Shown here: positions 10,160 to 20,696 of the stretch, one piece after another | Layout of the letters: each line of letters begins with the position of its first letter | Numbering within the stretch: position 1 is the stretch's first letter | From: Ramlibacter sp. | Lineage (GTDB): Bacteria > Pseudomonadota > Gammaproteobacteria > Burkholderiales > Burkholderiaceae_C | Assembly: GCA_029237735.1 (NCBI GenBank) | Contig: JAQZBU010000011.1 | Location: 24,658-88,657 of the forward strand | DNA: 64,000 bases | Reading direction: 5' to 3' | Translations under genes and position numbers: made by a program | The notes under the pieces: model-generated | Told to the model about the DNA's origin: nothing | Databases searched by the model: none | What the model saw: the letters and a program-made list of their open reading frames with translations, nothing else

Positions 10160-11152
10160 TCAGTCGGCGTACACGCCGGCGGCCTTGATGATCGGGCTCC
10201 ACTTGGCGATTTCGGCGGCGACGAATTTCTTGTGTTCGGCCGGCTCCATGCGCTTGTCGGAGACCACCACGGCGCCCAGGCCTTCCTGCTTCTTGATGAA
10301 GTCCGGGTCCTTCAGCGCGACCTTCAGCGCGTCGTTCAGCTTTTTCTGCACGTCGGGCGGGGTGCCCTTGGGCGCGTACAGGCCGTGGAAGATGGTGACC
10401 TGGAAATCCTTCAGGCCCAGTTCCTGCAGCGTCGGCAGGTCCTTCAGCGCCGGCGTGTTCAGGCGCTTTTGCGTGGTGACGGCATAGGCCTTGACCTTCT
10501 TGGCCTCGATCTGGCCGGTCGTGTTAGTGGTCTGGTCGCACATCAGGTCGACCTGGCCGCCGATCAGGTCGGTCATGGCCGGGGCGGTGCCCTTGTAGGG
10601 CACGGTGGTCATGTCCATCTTCAGTGCATTCTGCAACAGCAGGCCGCACAGGTGCGAGGCTGCTCCCACGCCGGCGTTGGCGAGGTTCACCTTGCCCTTG
10701 TTGGCTTCCAGCCAAGTGCGCAGCTCGGCGAAATTGTTGGCCGCGAGCGTGGGCCGCGAAATGAGGGTCATCGGCACGTCGTTGACCATGCCCAGGTATT
10801 CGAAGTCGCTCTCGACCTTGAAGGGGATGTTGCGAACCAGCGCGGGCATGGTCGCCATGCCGATGTGGTGCAGCAGCAGCGTGTGGCCGTCCGGGTTGGA
10901 CTTGGCGACCTTGTTGGCGCCGATCGAGCCGCCCGCACCTGCCGCGTTGTCGACGACGACGCTTACGCCGCCCAGGGGCTTGCGCATGGCCTCAGCCAAG
11001 TCGCGGGCGACACGGTCGGTTGGGCCGCCGGCCGTGAACGGCACGACGATGGTGATGACGCGATCCTTCACGGGAAAATCGGCGGCCTGGACGCCGAACG
11101 CTGTGGTTGCGAGCAGGGCTAGCGGCGCGATCGACTTGCAGAACTTGTTCAT
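10160..11152 (-). CDS. Bug/TctC substrate-binding protein
   Basis: [32 protein letters not shown]; signal peptide; AGGAG RBS. Confidence 0.93.
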   Translation of the reverse strand: MNKFCKSIAPLALLATTAFGVQAADFPVKDRVITIVVPFTAGGPTDRVARDLAEAMRKPLGGVSVVVDNAAGAGGSIGANKVAKSNPDGHTLLLHHIGMATMPALVRNIPFKVESDFEYLGMVNDVPMTLISRPTLAANNFAELRTWLEANKGKVNLANAGVGAASHLCGLLLQNALKMDMTTVPYKGTAPAMTDLIGGQVDLMCDQTTNTTGQIEAKKVKAYAVTTQKRLNTPALKDLPTLQELGLKDFQVTIFHGLYAPKGTPPDVQKKLNDALKVALKDPDFIKKQEGLGAVVVSDKRMEPAEHKKFVAAEIAKWSPIIKAAGVYAD

Positions 11153-11267
11153 GGGAGGCACTCCTGGTTGAGACCTGCGAATCGTACGGCCACACCCTTT
11201 GCCCTGCCATCACGGGAACTACGTAGCGCCAGGCCATGAATGAGCCCGACCTGAGCCAGCTCAGCAA

Positions 11268-12515
11268 CTACTTGTAGCTGCGCGCGTCTTCGATCACCTT
11301 GCCGTCGTTCGGCAGCGATCCCGGCTGCAACAATTGCACATCGCCGCGCAGCTTGGTCACGTCACGGATGGCTTCGCCGATGCGCGCATCCAGCCCTTGC
11401 GGCGCGGACGCGGCCTCGACCTTGAGCGTCATCACGTCGTTGGCCATCTCGCCACTCACCACCAACCGTGCCTTGAGCACTTCGGGGAAACGCTTCGCGA
11501 TGTCCGCCACCTGCGCAGGGTGCACGAACATGCCGCGGATCTTGGTCGTCTGGTCGGCGCGTCCCAACCACCCCTTGATGCGCGCGTTGGTACGACCGGT
11601 AGGGCAGGCGCCGGGCAGCACCGCCGACAGGTCGCCGGTGCCGAACCGGATGAGAGGGTAGGCGGGATTGAGCGTGGTTACCACGACCTCGCCCACATCG
11701 CCGGGTGAGACCGGGTCGCCGGTGCCGGGACGCACGATCTCGACGATGACGCCCTCGTCTATCACCATCCCCTCCAGGGCGGCGGTCTCATAGGCGATCA
11801 GCCCCAGGTCGGCCGTGGCATAGCTCTGGAACACGGCAATGCCGTGACCGGCGAACCATGCGCGCAGGCTGGGAGGCAAGGCCTCGCCGCCCGTCATCGC
11901 CTTGCGCAACGTGGAGATGCCGCTCCCGGCCTCGGCGCCCTTCTCCACCAGGATGCGCAGGAAGCTTGGGGTGCCGAGGTAGGCGTCGGGTCGCAATTCC
12001 GCGATGGCCTGCAACTGCTGCTCGGTCTGCCCCACGCCGGCCGGAAACACGGTGCAGCCCACGGCGAACGCGCCCGACTCCATCATGAAGGCCCCCGGCG
12101 TCATGTGGTAGCTGAACGAGTTGTGCACCAGGTCGCCGCTGCGGAAGCCCGCGGCGAAGATCGCGCGCGCCATGCGCCAGTAATCCTTGCCGCTCCCCTC
12201 GGGTTCGTAGATCGGCCCCGGCGACGCATAGATGCGAGGCATCTTCGGGCCTCGCACCAGTGTCGAGAAACCGCCGAACGGATCGGCCTGCCGTTTGGCC
12301 TTCTGGCGTTCGAGCAGTTCGTGCTTGCGCGTGACCGGCAGGCGCGCCAGGGCTTCGCGCGAGGTGATCGCGGCGGCGTCGACCTCGGCAAGGATCTGCG
12401 CGAAAGCGGCGGAGCCGCGCTGGGCGTGCGCAATCTGTTGCGGCAATGCCGCCATCATTTGCGCCTCGCGCTGCGCGGGGTCGCGCTGTTCCAGTGCGTC
12501 GTAAAAGTCCATCAT
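11268..12515 (-). CDS. Phenylacetate-CoA ligase (PaaK-like) family protein
   Basis: YASPGPIYEP, SYATADLG, YPLIRFGTGD, GRADQTTKIRGMFVHP. Confidence 0.85.
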   Translation of the reverse strand: MMDFYDALEQRDPAQREAQMMAALPQQIAHAQRGSAAFAQILAEVDAAAITSREALARLPVTRKHELLERQKAKRQADPFGGFSTLVRGPKMPRIYASPGPIYEPEGSGKDYWRMARAIFAAGFRSGDLVHNSFSYHMTPGAFMMESGAFAVGCTVFPAGVGQTEQQLQAIAELRPDAYLGTPSFLRILVEKGAEAGSGISTLRKAMTGGEALPPSLRAWFAGHGIAVFQSYATADLGLIAYETAALEGMVIDEGVIVEIVRPGTGDPVSPGDVGEVVVTTLNPAYPLIRFGTGDLSAVLPGACPTGRTNARIKGWLGRADQTTKIRGMFVHPAQVADIAKRFPEVLKARLVVSGEMANDVMTLKVEAASAPQGLDARIGEAIRDVTKLRGDVQLLQPGSLPNDGKVIEDARSYK

Positions 12516-12522
12516 TGAATGT

Positions 12523-12616
12523 CCTCGCTTTGAGCGGGGGCCACCGCGGAACCGGCTTTGCCGGGCCGCTGGTGGCGCCCCCTTGAGGGGGGGGCGCCGA
12601 AGGCGCCTCGGGGGGG
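12523..12616. repeat. Multi-hairpin intergenic element
   Basis: Nested stems GCCACC..CCGGC-TTT-GCCGG..GGTGGC, CCCCCT-TG-AGGGGG and GGCGCC-GAA-GGCGCC, then a G-run. Confidence 0.6.
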
Positions 12617-12618
12617 AG

Positions 12619-13428
12619 TCAAGCAAGCCACCGTTTACGGCGCTTGTAGCTCTTTACATCGCGGAAGCTCTTGCGCTCGCCGCCGCCCACGCCGAGGTAG
12701 AACTCCTTGACGTCCTCGTTGGTGGCCAGGTCGGAGGCCGGGCCGTCCATGACGACGCGGCCGCTCTCCATGATGTAGCCGTAGTCGGAGTACTTGAGCG
12801 CCATGTTGGTGTTCTGCTCCGCGAGCAGGAAGGTCACCTTCTCCTTGGTGTTCAGGTCCTTCACGATCTCGAACACTTCCTGCACGATTTGCGGCGCCAG
12901 GCCCATGGAAGGCTCGTCCAGCAACACCATGCTTGGGTTGGCCATCAGGGCGCGTCCGATCGCGCACATCTGTTGCTCGCCGCCCGAGGTGTACGCGGCC
13001 TGCGAGGTGCGGCGCGTTTTCAGGCGCGGAAAGTACGTGTACACCTTGTCCAGGTTGGCGGCCACTTCGGCCTTGCTCTTGCGCGTGTAGGCGCCGGTGA
13101 GCAGGTTCTCCTCGATCGTGAGGTGGGCAAAGCAGTGCCGGCCCTCCATCACCTGCACGACGCCGCGCTGCACCAGGTCGGCCGGCGTGAGGTTTTCGAT
13201 GCGCTCGCCGCGCAGCTCGATCGAGCCTTTGGTCACGGCGCCGCGCTCGCCCTTCAGCAAGTTGGACACCGCGCGCAGCGTCGTGGTCTTGCCCGCGCCG
13301 TTGCCGCCCAGGATGGCCACGATGCTGCCTTCGGGTACCTGGAGCGAGACGCCCTTGAGCACGAGGATCACGTGGTTGTAGATCACCTCGATGCCGTTGA
13401 CGTCAAGAACGATTTTCTTTGGATCCAT
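12619..13428 (-). CDS. ABC ATPase, LivF-like
   Basis: GGNGAGKTT, SGGEQQM, LLDEPSMGLAP, AEQN. Confidence 0.93.
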   Translation of the reverse strand: MDPKKIVLDVNGIEVIYNHVILVLKGVSLQVPEGSIVAILGGNGAGKTTTLRAVSNLLKGERGAVTKGSIELRGERIENLTPADLVQRGVVQVMEGRHCFAHLTIEENLLTGAYTRKSKAEVAANLDKVYTYFPRLKTRRTSQAAYTSGGEQQMCAIGRALMANPSMVLLDEPSMGLAPQIVQEVFEIVKDLNTKEKVTFLLAEQNTNMALKYSDYGYIMESGRVVMDGPASDLATNEDVKEFYLGVGGGERKSFRDVKSYKRRKRWLA

Positions 13429-13445
13429 ATAGGCCTTCGCTTTCA

Positions 13446-13534
13446 CCAATCGACAGGGCAGTGAAACGCAACCCTGTCGGTTGGCGGCTCCTTCGGAGCC
13501 AGCCGCTGCCCCTCCCGCTTGGCGGGAGGGGCAG
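13446..13534. other. Three tandem intercistronic hairpins 3' of the substrate-binding gene
   Basis: CCAATCGACAGGG/CCCTGTCGGTTGG, GGCTCC/GGAGCC, and a perfect 13-bp CTGCCCCTCCCGC/GCGGGAGGGGCAG. Confidence 0.6.
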
Positions 13535-13548
13535 GGGGAAACGGACTG

Positions 13549-14871
13549 TCAGCCCACGGACTGGCAGTCAGCCGGAGTGCGGCGCTGCAACTTCTTCTCG
13601 GCCGCGTACTTGTCGGCCGTTTGCTTGATCATGGGCTTGAGCACCTGATCGTCAGCCTGCAGCCAGTCGGAGGTGAACTTCCATGCCTTGCCGTCCCAGG
13701 TGTGGATGCGTGCCCAGTTCGAGCCCTGGTGGTCCATGCACGAGGTGCTGATCGGTCGCATCACGCCCTTGAATCCCAGCGCGTCGAGCTTGGCCTGCGT
13801 CAGGTTCAAGTTCTCCAGACCCCAGCGCACCTGCTCGCCGCTCATCCACTTGCCCTTGCCGTAGCGCTCCTGGGCGGCGCGAACGCCTTCCACGCCCATC
13901 ATCGCGCTCATCACCCCGCGCATGTACAGGACCTGGCCGACTTCTTCCTTCGGTCCGGTGCCCTGGGCCTTGCCGTGCACCTTTTCAAGGATTTCCTTCA
14001 CGACCGCGGATTGCGGCTCGGCGCCGTGCTGCATGGTGATCGCGTTGTAGCCCTTCGCGCCCTCGCCCACGTCCTTGACGTCCGGCTCCGCGCCCGACCA
14101 CCACACGCCGTACATCTTCTCGCGCGGGTAGCCCGTGGCCTGCGCTTCCTTGATGGCCGTGGAGTTCATCACCCCCCAGCCCCACAGCAGCACATAGTCC
14201 GGACGCGCCTGGCGGATCTGCAGCCACGTGGCCTTCTGCTCGATGCCGGGTGAGGCGACGGGCAGCAGTTGAAGGTCGAATCCGTGCATCTTGCTGCGCT
14301 CCTGCAGCAGCGGGATCGGCTCCTTGCCGTACGGGCTGTCGTGGTAGACCAGGGTGACCTTCTTGCCCTTGAGCTTGTCCAGGCCGCCTTCCTTCTTGCC
14401 GATGTACTGCACCAGCACGTCGGCCGCCATCCAGTAGGTCCCGGCCAGCGGGAAGTTCCACTTGAACACGCCGCCGTCGGCGCTTTCGCTGCGGCCATAG
14501 CCGGCGGTGATCAGCGGGATCTTGTCGCCCGGGGCCTTTTCGGTCAGCGCGAAGGTGATGCCGGTGGACAGGGGCTGGAACAGCGACGCGCCGCCGTGCT
14601 TGCCCTTCAGGCGCTCATAGCACTCCACGCCCCGGGCGGTGTCATACGCCGTTTCGCATTCCTCGAAAATCACCTTCACGCCATTGATGCCGCCGCGGGC
14701 ATTGACCAGTTTGAGGTAATCGAGATATCCGTTGGCCCACGGCACGCCGTTGGGCGCGAACGGCCCGGTGCGGTACGGCAGGGCCGGGAAAAATTGCTCC
14801 TTGGGCTGGGCGAAGGCCGAGAGCCCCACCACGGCCATGCAGGTAGCCAGTGCAAGATTGCGCAGTTTCAT
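13549..14871 (-). CDS. ABC substrate-binding protein (Liv/type 1 PBP family)
   Basis: Signal peptide, YRTGPFAPNG, GGINGVK, ECETAYD, YHDSPYGKEP; GGAG RBS. Confidence 0.9.
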   Translation of the reverse strand: MKLRNLALATCMAVVGLSAFAQPKEQFFPALPYRTGPFAPNGVPWANGYLDYLKLVNARGGINGVKVIFEECETAYDTARGVECYERLKGKHGGASLFQPLSTGITFALTEKAPGDKIPLITAGYGRSESADGGVFKWNFPLAGTYWMAADVLVQYIGKKEGGLDKLKGKKVTLVYHDSPYGKEPIPLLQERSKMHGFDLQLLPVASPGIEQKATWLQIRQARPDYVLLWGWGVMNSTAIKEAQATGYPREKMYGVWWSGAEPDVKDVGEGAKGYNAITMQHGAEPQSAVVKEILEKVHGKAQGTGPKEEVGQVLYMRGVMSAMMGVEGVRAAQERYGKGKWMSGEQVRWGLENLNLTQAKLDALGFKGVMRPISTSCMDHQGSNWARIHTWDGKAWKFTSDWLQADDQVLKPMIKQTADKYAAEKKLQRRTPADCQSVG

Positions 14872-14929
14872 AACGTCTCCTACTTTAGTGAGGCACTTGC
14901 GGTGCCGGGTTGCCTGATAACAGGACTCT

Positions 14930-16006
14930 TCAATGGGGGAACGGCCACAGGCGAAGCTTCTGCTTGCCGGTCGACCACAGTTTGGCCAGGCCATGCGGCT
15001 CCACGATCAGGAACCACACGATCAGCCCGCCAAAGATGATCAGCTCGGCGTGCGATATGCCCGCCGTGGAAATCTCGATGCCGAAAACGCCGAGCAGTAC
15101 CGGCAGGAATTGATTGAGCGCGATCGGCAGCAGCACGATGAACGCCGCGCCGAAGAAGCTGCCCATGATCGAGCCCAGCCCGCCGATGATCACCATGAAC
15201 AGCAGCCGGAACGACATGTCGGCGGAGAACGCCGCGGGTTCCCAAGCGCCCAGGTAGACGAAGCCCCACAGCGCGCCGGCGACGCCGATGATGAAAGAAC
15301 TGACGGCGAAGGCGCTGAGCTTGGCGTACATCGGCCGGATGCCGATCACGGCCGCCGCCACGTCCATGTCGCGGATGGCCATCCATTCGCGACCGATCGC
15401 GCTGCGCACCAGGTTCTTGGCCGCGATGCCCATGACCACCAGGATCGACAGGCACAGCAGGTACTTGCTCATCGGGCTCTCGATCGGAATGCCGAAGACC
15501 TGCATGCCCGAGACCGACACCGAGCCAGAGGGCGTGTTCAGCGTGAACCACTTGATGCGCAGGAACATCCAGTCCGCGAAGAACTGCGCGGCCAGCGTGG
15601 CCACCGCCAGATACAGGCCCTTCACACGCAGGCTCGGAAGGCCGAACAGGATGCCGAAGACAGTCGCGCAAAGTCCGCCCAGGACAAGGGCCGGGATGAG
15701 CGGCATGTCCGGGACGCGCGCGAAGAAGTTGTACGCGCCGTAGGCGCCCACCGCCATGAAGGCGCCCGACCCGAGCGAGATCTGGCCGCAATAGCCCACC
15801 AGGATGTTCACGCCGAGCGCGGCGAGCGACATGATCGTGAAGGGGATCAGCAGCGCGCGGAACGTGTAGTCGCTCGAGATGGCGGGCACCACCACGAAGG
15901 CGAACAGCACCGCCGCGAGGATGAACAGCCGGTCCTGCGCGATCGGAAAGATCTGCTGGTCGGCGCGGTAGCTCGTCTTGAACTGGCCGTTTTCTCTGTA
16001 AATCAT
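14930..16006 (-). CDS. ABC permease, LivM-like
   Basis: GYCGQISLG, LRVKGLYLAVATLA, IIGGLGS. Confidence 0.93.
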   Translation of the reverse strand: MIYRENGQFKTSYRADQQIFPIAQDRLFILAAVLFAFVVVPAISSDYTFRALLIPFTIMSLAALGVNILVGYCGQISLGSGAFMAVGAYGAYNFFARVPDMPLIPALVLGGLCATVFGILFGLPSLRVKGLYLAVATLAAQFFADWMFLRIKWFTLNTPSGSVSVSGMQVFGIPIESPMSKYLLCLSILVVMGIAAKNLVRSAIGREWMAIRDMDVAAAVIGIRPMYAKLSAFAVSSFIIGVAGALWGFVYLGAWEPAAFSADMSFRLLFMVIIGGLGSIMGSFFGAAFIVLLPIALNQFLPVLLGVFGIEISTAGISHAELIIFGGLIVWFLIVEPHGLAKLWSTGKQKLRLWPFPH

Positions 16007-16018
16007 GGTGTGTTCCGT

Positions 16019-16948
16019 TCAGACGCGATCGATGATCTTCTCGCCGAAGAGACCCTGCGGCCGCACCAGCAGGAACAGCAGCGCGAGGACGTAGGCGAAC
16101 CAGATCTCGATGCCGCCGCCGACATAAGGGCCGAGGTAAACCTCCGACACCTTCTCGCCGACGCCGATGATGAGGCCGCCGATGATGGCGCCGGGCACCG
16201 ATGTGAGGCCACCCAGAATCACGACCGGCAGCGCCCGCATCGCGACGGTGGCCAGCGAGAACTGCACGCCCAGCTTGCTGCCCCAGATCACGCCGGCCAC
16301 CAGCGCCACCACCCCGGCGACGCACCAGACAATCACCCAGATGCGGTTGAGCGGGATGCCGATGGATTGCGCGGCCTGGTGGTCGTCGGCGACGGCGCGC
16401 AGCGCGCGGCCGGTGCTGGTCTTCTGGAAGAACAGGGTCAGCAGCAGCACCAGGGCGGCGGCGATGGCCGCGGCGATCAGGTCTTCCTTGCTCACCAGGA
16501 TGCCGCCGGGGAAGGTGCTCTCGAACGCCATCACCGGTTCCTTGGGCATGCCGATGTCGATCTTGTAAATGTCACTGCCGAAGATGGTCTGCCCCAGGCC
16601 ATCGAGGAAGTAAGCGATGCCCAGGGTGGCCATCAGCAGCGTTGCGCCTTCCTGATTGACCAGCTGGCGCAGCACCAGCCGCTCGATCAGCCAGGCCATG
16701 ACGAACATGACGGCGGCGGAGGCGATCACCGCCGCCAGGCCCACGAGGAACAGGTTCTCGATCCCCGTCCAATGCGCGAACCATTCGGTGAATCGCGCCA
16801 TCGCCAACGCCGCGAACAGCACCATCGCCCCTTGCGCGAAGTTGAAGACGCCGGAGGCCTTGAAGATCAGCACGAAGCCGAGCGCCACCAGCGAGTACAG
16901 CATGCCGGCCATCAGGCCGCCCAGCACGGTTTCGAGGAAGAATCCCAT
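16019..16948 (-). CDS. ABC permease, LivH-like
   Basis: YSLVALGFVLIFKASGVFNFAQG, GRALRAVA, RPQGLFG. Confidence 0.93.
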   Translation of the reverse strand: MGFFLETVLGGLMAGMLYSLVALGFVLIFKASGVFNFAQGAMVLFAALAMARFTEWFAHWTGIENLFLVGLAAVIASAAVMFVMAWLIERLVLRQLVNQEGATLLMATLGIAYFLDGLGQTIFGSDIYKIDIGMPKEPVMAFESTFPGGILVSKEDLIAAAIAAALVLLLTLFFQKTSTGRALRAVADDHQAAQSIGIPLNRIWVIVWCVAGVVALVAGVIWGSKLGVQFSLATVAMRALPVVILGGLTSVPGAIIGGLIIGVGEKVSEVYLGPYVGGGIEIWFAYVLALLFLLVRPQGLFGEKIIDRV

Positions 16949-16958
16949 GGTCTTTTCC

Positions 16959-17840
16959 CTATTCGGACGTACCGAGGTACGCCTTGATCACGTCGGGGTT
17001 GCTGCGCACCTCGTCGGGCGTGCCGTCGCCGATCTTCTTGCCGTAATCCAGCACCACCACGCGGTCGCTGATGTCCATCACCACGCCCATGTCGTGCTCG
17101 ATCAGCACGACGGTGGTGCCGAACTCGTCGTTCACGTCGAGCACGAAGCGGCACATGTCCTGCTTCTCCTCGACGTTCATGCCGGCCATGGGCTCGTCCA
17201 GCAGCAGCATCTGGGGCTCCATCGCCAGCGCGCGGCCAAGGTCCACGCGCTTTTGCAGGCCGTACGGCAGCTGGCCGACGGGGGTCTTGCGGAACGCCTG
17301 GATTTCCAGGAAGTCGATGATGTGTTCGACGAACTCGCGATGGCGGATCTCCTCGCGCTCGGCCGGACCGATGCGCAACGCCTGCAGCAGGAGGTTGCTC
17401 TTGATGCGCAGGTTGCGGCCCGTCATGATGTTGTCCAGGACGCTCATGCCCTTGAACAGCGCGAGATTCTGGAAGGTGCGCGCCACGCCCATCACGGCCA
17501 CCTGGTGGCTGTTCATGTGCTTGAAGGTTTGCCCGCGGAAGGTGATCGAGCCCTGCTGCGGCTGATACACCCCGTTGATGCAGTTGAGCATCGAGCTCTT
17601 GCCGGCGCCGTTGGGGCCGATGATGGCCCGGATCTCGTGCTCCTTCACGTTGAAAGAGATATCCGAGAGTGCCTTCACGCCGCCGAAGGACAGCGAGATG
17701 TTCTCGACGTTCAGGATCACGTCGCCGGTCTTGCGGGCCGGTGCGAGGGGCTGGTTGGCGCTGGACTGTTCGACCAAACGCGCCGCCATTTCGGGCGACA
17801 CCGGTTCGACCGGCTCGGAGCGGAGTGTCACTGTGCTCAT
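16959..17840 (-). CDS. ABC ATPase, LivG-like
   Basis: FGGVKAL, GPNGAGKSS, RTFQN, LLDEPMAG, IEHDM; ATGA overlap with the ligase stop. Confidence 0.93.
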   Translation of the reverse strand: MSTVTLRSEPVEPVSPEMAARLVEQSSANQPLAPARKTGDVILNVENISLSFGGVKALSDISFNVKEHEIRAIIGPNGAGKSSMLNCINGVYQPQQGSITFRGQTFKHMNSHQVAVMGVARTFQNLALFKGMSVLDNIMTGRNLRIKSNLLLQALRIGPAEREEIRHREFVEHIIDFLEIQAFRKTPVGQLPYGLQKRVDLGRALAMEPQMLLLDEPMAGMNVEEKQDMCRFVLDVNDEFGTTVVLIEHDMGVVMDISDRVVVLDYGKKIGDGTPDEVRSNPDVIKAYLGTSE

Positions 17841-19704
17841 GCTGCAGCCTTTACGGGCGGGAAGATCTTCGTGTCGCTGATCCGAAGCGTCGCGTTGACG
17901 CTGCCGGTGCGGCCGTCTTCGAACTTCACCTGGGTTTCGATGTACTGCTCGGTCTTGCCGCCGTACAGCGCGTCGACCAGCACCTGGTATTTCTCGGCGA
18001 TGAATCCCCGGCGGACCTTGTTGGTGCGCGTGAGTTCGCCGTCGTCGGCATCCAATTCCTTGTGCAGGACCAGGAAGCGGCTGATTTGCGAGCCCGCCAG
18101 GCGCTCGTCGCCAGCGAGGTCGGCGTTGACCTTCTCCACGCAATCCTTGATCAACTCGTACACCTCTGCCTTTTGCGCGAGGTCGGTGTAGCCCGCGTAG
18201 GGCAGGTTGCGCCGCTCGGCCCAGTTGCCCACCGCGTCGAAGTCGATGTTGATCATGGCGCACACGAGCTCGCGCCCGTCGCCGTAGGCCACTGCTTCCT
18301 TGATGTACGGGAAGAACTTCAGCTTGTTCTCGACGTACTTGGGCGCGAACAGCGCACCGTCGTTCGCGCCGCCGCGGATGCGGCCGACGTCCTTGACGCG
18401 GTCGATGATCTTCAAGTGGCCCTGCGCATCGAGGAAGCCTGCGTCGCTGGTGTGATACCAACCGTCGGCGGTGAGCACTTCGGCCGTCGCCGCGGGGTTC
18501 TTGTAGTACTCCTTGAGCAGGCCCCCCGAACGCACCAGGATCTCGCCGTTGTCAGCCACCTTGATCTCAACCCCGCTGATCGGTATGCCCACCGTGTCGG
18601 CCTTGGCCTGGTCATCGGGCTGCAAGCACACGAACACGGCGGTCTCGGTCGATCCGTACAGCTGCTTGAGGTTGATGCCGATGGAGCGGTAGAACGTGAA
18701 CAGGTCGGGGCCGATCGCCTCGCCGGCGTCAAGCGGTCCAGCAGGCCGACCGGCCTGCGGTCCATCAGCGCCGGCCCGACGCGCTTGGCCAGGTCCATGA
18801 ACGCGTGGAACATCTTGCGCTTGAGCCAGCCGGCGTCCTCCATGCGGATCATCACGGTAGTGAGCAGCCCCTCGAAGACGCGCGGTGGCGCGAAGTAGTA
18901 GGTCGGTCCAATCTCTTTCAGGTCGATCGTCACGGTGCTGGTGGACTCGGGGCAGTTGACGACGTAGCCGCAGCACAGCCACTGCGCATAGCTGAAGATG
19001 TTCTGGCCGATCCACGCCGGGGGCAGGTAAGCCAGCACCTCTTCCTTGTGCGTGAGCTTGTCGAACTTCGCGCCGGCCTCCGCCCGGTCCAGCAAGGTGC
19101 GGTGCGAGTGCACGACGCCCTTGGGATTGCCGGTGGTGCCCGAGGTGTAGAACATCGCCGCCACATCGTCGGGGCTGGCGTTCTCGACCTGGGTGCGGAA
19201 ATACGACGGGTTCTTCTTTGCGAAGTCCTCGCCGGCGGCGATGAGTGTGTCGAGCGAATCCAGGCCGCTCTCGCTGTACTTGCGCAGGCCTCGTGGATCG
19301 TCGTACCAGATCGCCTCCAGGCGCGGGCACTGGGGCCGGATTTCGAGCAGCTTGTCCACCTGCTCCTGGTCCTCGGCGAAGGCGAAGCGCACTTCGGCGT
19401 TGTTGATCGGGAAGACGCATTCGGCCGCGGCGGCGTCCTGGTAGAGGGGAATCGGCACGGCACCAAGCGACTGCACGGCCATCATCGTGGCGTAGAGGCG
19501 GGGGCGATTTGCGCCCACGACGACCATGTGTTCGCCGCTACGCAGGCCCGCCAGGTGCAAGCCGCAGGCGAGGTGTTCCACCATCTGCGCCATCGCGCTC
19601 CAGCTGTGGGTCTGCCAGATGCCGTACTCTTTCTCGCGCATCGCCGGATCGGCCGGGCGCTGGGCCGCGTGCTGGAGCAGCAGCCTCGGGAACGTCGTAT
19701 CCAT
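17837..19704 (-). pseudogene. Long-chain acyl-CoA ligase (FadD-like), frameshifted with an apparent internal deletion near 18729
   Basis: N-part (YTSGTTGNPKG...GLLDRL) and C-part (AGEAIGPDLF...YGSTE...IIDRVKD) lie in different frames joined by 2 nt; may be an assembly error. Confidence 0.8.
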
Positions 19705-19769
19705 TGCGTGTCCTTCTTCAACCTATCGGGTGACTTGGACGAATGCTAAGAGCCACTTTGACGTTAAGT

Positions 19770-19800
19770 TGTCTTTGCGACGACATTCCTAGGGAATGTC
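19770..19800. promoter_or_regulatory. Overlapping palindromes TGTC-N8-GACA and GACATTCC-TAG-GGAATGTC
   Basis: Located in the divergent gap between the ligase and the Crp/Fnr gene; cognate regulator is inferred. Confidence 0.45.
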
Positions 19801-19896
19801 CTAGTAGGGCGTGCCCCGGCCATGATCCGCGTCAACTCCAAGGGAGGTTCGGGGCGAATTGGCATCCGTCGAGTTTGGAACGACAATTTCGCAGCC

Positions 19897-20616
19897 ATGA
19901 CCAGCGACCTCACGTTGCACCAGCGCCGCCGCGAGCCGACATCCGTCGAGCTTGCCGGCATCCCCTGGCTCAAGGTGCTCAAGCCCGACGAGTACGAGCG
20001 TGCCGCCGGGCACATCAAGGTCGGTGACGCCTTGCCCGGCGATTACGTGTGCCGCGTCGGGCGGCCTGTCACCTACTGGTTCGGCGTGGTGGAGGGCCTG
20101 CTCAAGATGAGCAGCGACAACGACCAGGGCCAGACCATGACCTTCAGCGGGCTGCCGCCGGGCGGGTGGTTCGGCGAAGGCACGGCGCTCAAGCGCGAGA
20201 GTTACCGCTACAACATCCAGGCGCTGCGCAAGAGTGTCGTGGCCGGCCTGCCGATCGACACCTTCCACTGGCTGCTGGACCACTCGATCGGCTTTAATCG
20301 CTTTGTGATGAACCAGCTCAACGAGCGGCTGGCGCAGTTCATCGCGGCGCGCGAGATCGATCGAATGCACAACCCGGACCTGCGGGTGGCGCGCAGCCTC
20401 GCGGCACTGTTCAACCCGGTGCTCTTCCCCGGCGTGGGCGACGTTCTGCGCATCACCCAGCAGGAGCTGGCCTATCTGGTCGGTCTGTCGCGCCAGCGCG
20501 TGAACGAGGCGCTGGCCGCGCTCGAGGCGCAGGGCACGATTCGCGTGGAGTACGGCGGCCTGCGCGTGCTCAACCTGGAGGCGCTCCGGTCCAGCGCCTT
20601 CGCCCGCGTCGCTTAG
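19897..20616 (+). CDS. Crp/Fnr family regulator
   Basis: cNMP-fold (GVVEGLLK, WFGEG) and HTH (ITQQELAYLVGLSRQRVNEAL). Confidence 0.92.
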   Translation: MTSDLTLHQRRREPTSVELAGIPWLKVLKPDEYERAAGHIKVGDALPGDYVCRVGRPVTYWFGVVEGLLKMSSDNDQGQTMTFSGLPPGGWFGEGTALKRESYRYNIQALRKSVVAGLPIDTFHWLLDHSIGFNRFVMNQLNERLAQFIAAREIDRMHNPDLRVARSLAALFNPVLFPGVGDVLRITQQELAYLVGLSRQRVNEALAALEAQGTIRVEYGGLRVLNLEALRSSAFARVA

Positions 20617-20619
20617 CCG

Positions 20620-20680
20620 GTGCCGAGCCGCCACAAACCGGCTACGCCCCTCGGGGGGCAGGGCCTCAGCCCGTGGGGGC
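20620..20680. repeat. Short hairpin/G-run intergenic element
   Basis: GCCCCTCGGGGGGC, a small GGGC/GCCC hairpin and GTGGGGG; architecture resembles the tail of 12523-12616. Confidence 0.4.
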
Positions 20681-20696
20681 AAGTTAGCATCGGGCG

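Noticed and set aside
14933-16987. Long antisense ORFs (684 aa here; also 31690-33414, 45972-47684, 61066-62628)
   Set aside because: Shadow frames of well-supported genes in high-GC DNA, with no motifs
17760-17835. LivG N-terminal extension (LRSEPVEPVS) as a second intragenic palindrome copy
   Set aside because: Only weak similarity to 48891-48943 and no second arm
18700-18745. Programmed frameshifting to explain the split genes
   Set aside because: No slippery run at the junctions, and conserved residues are missing, which recoding cannot restore
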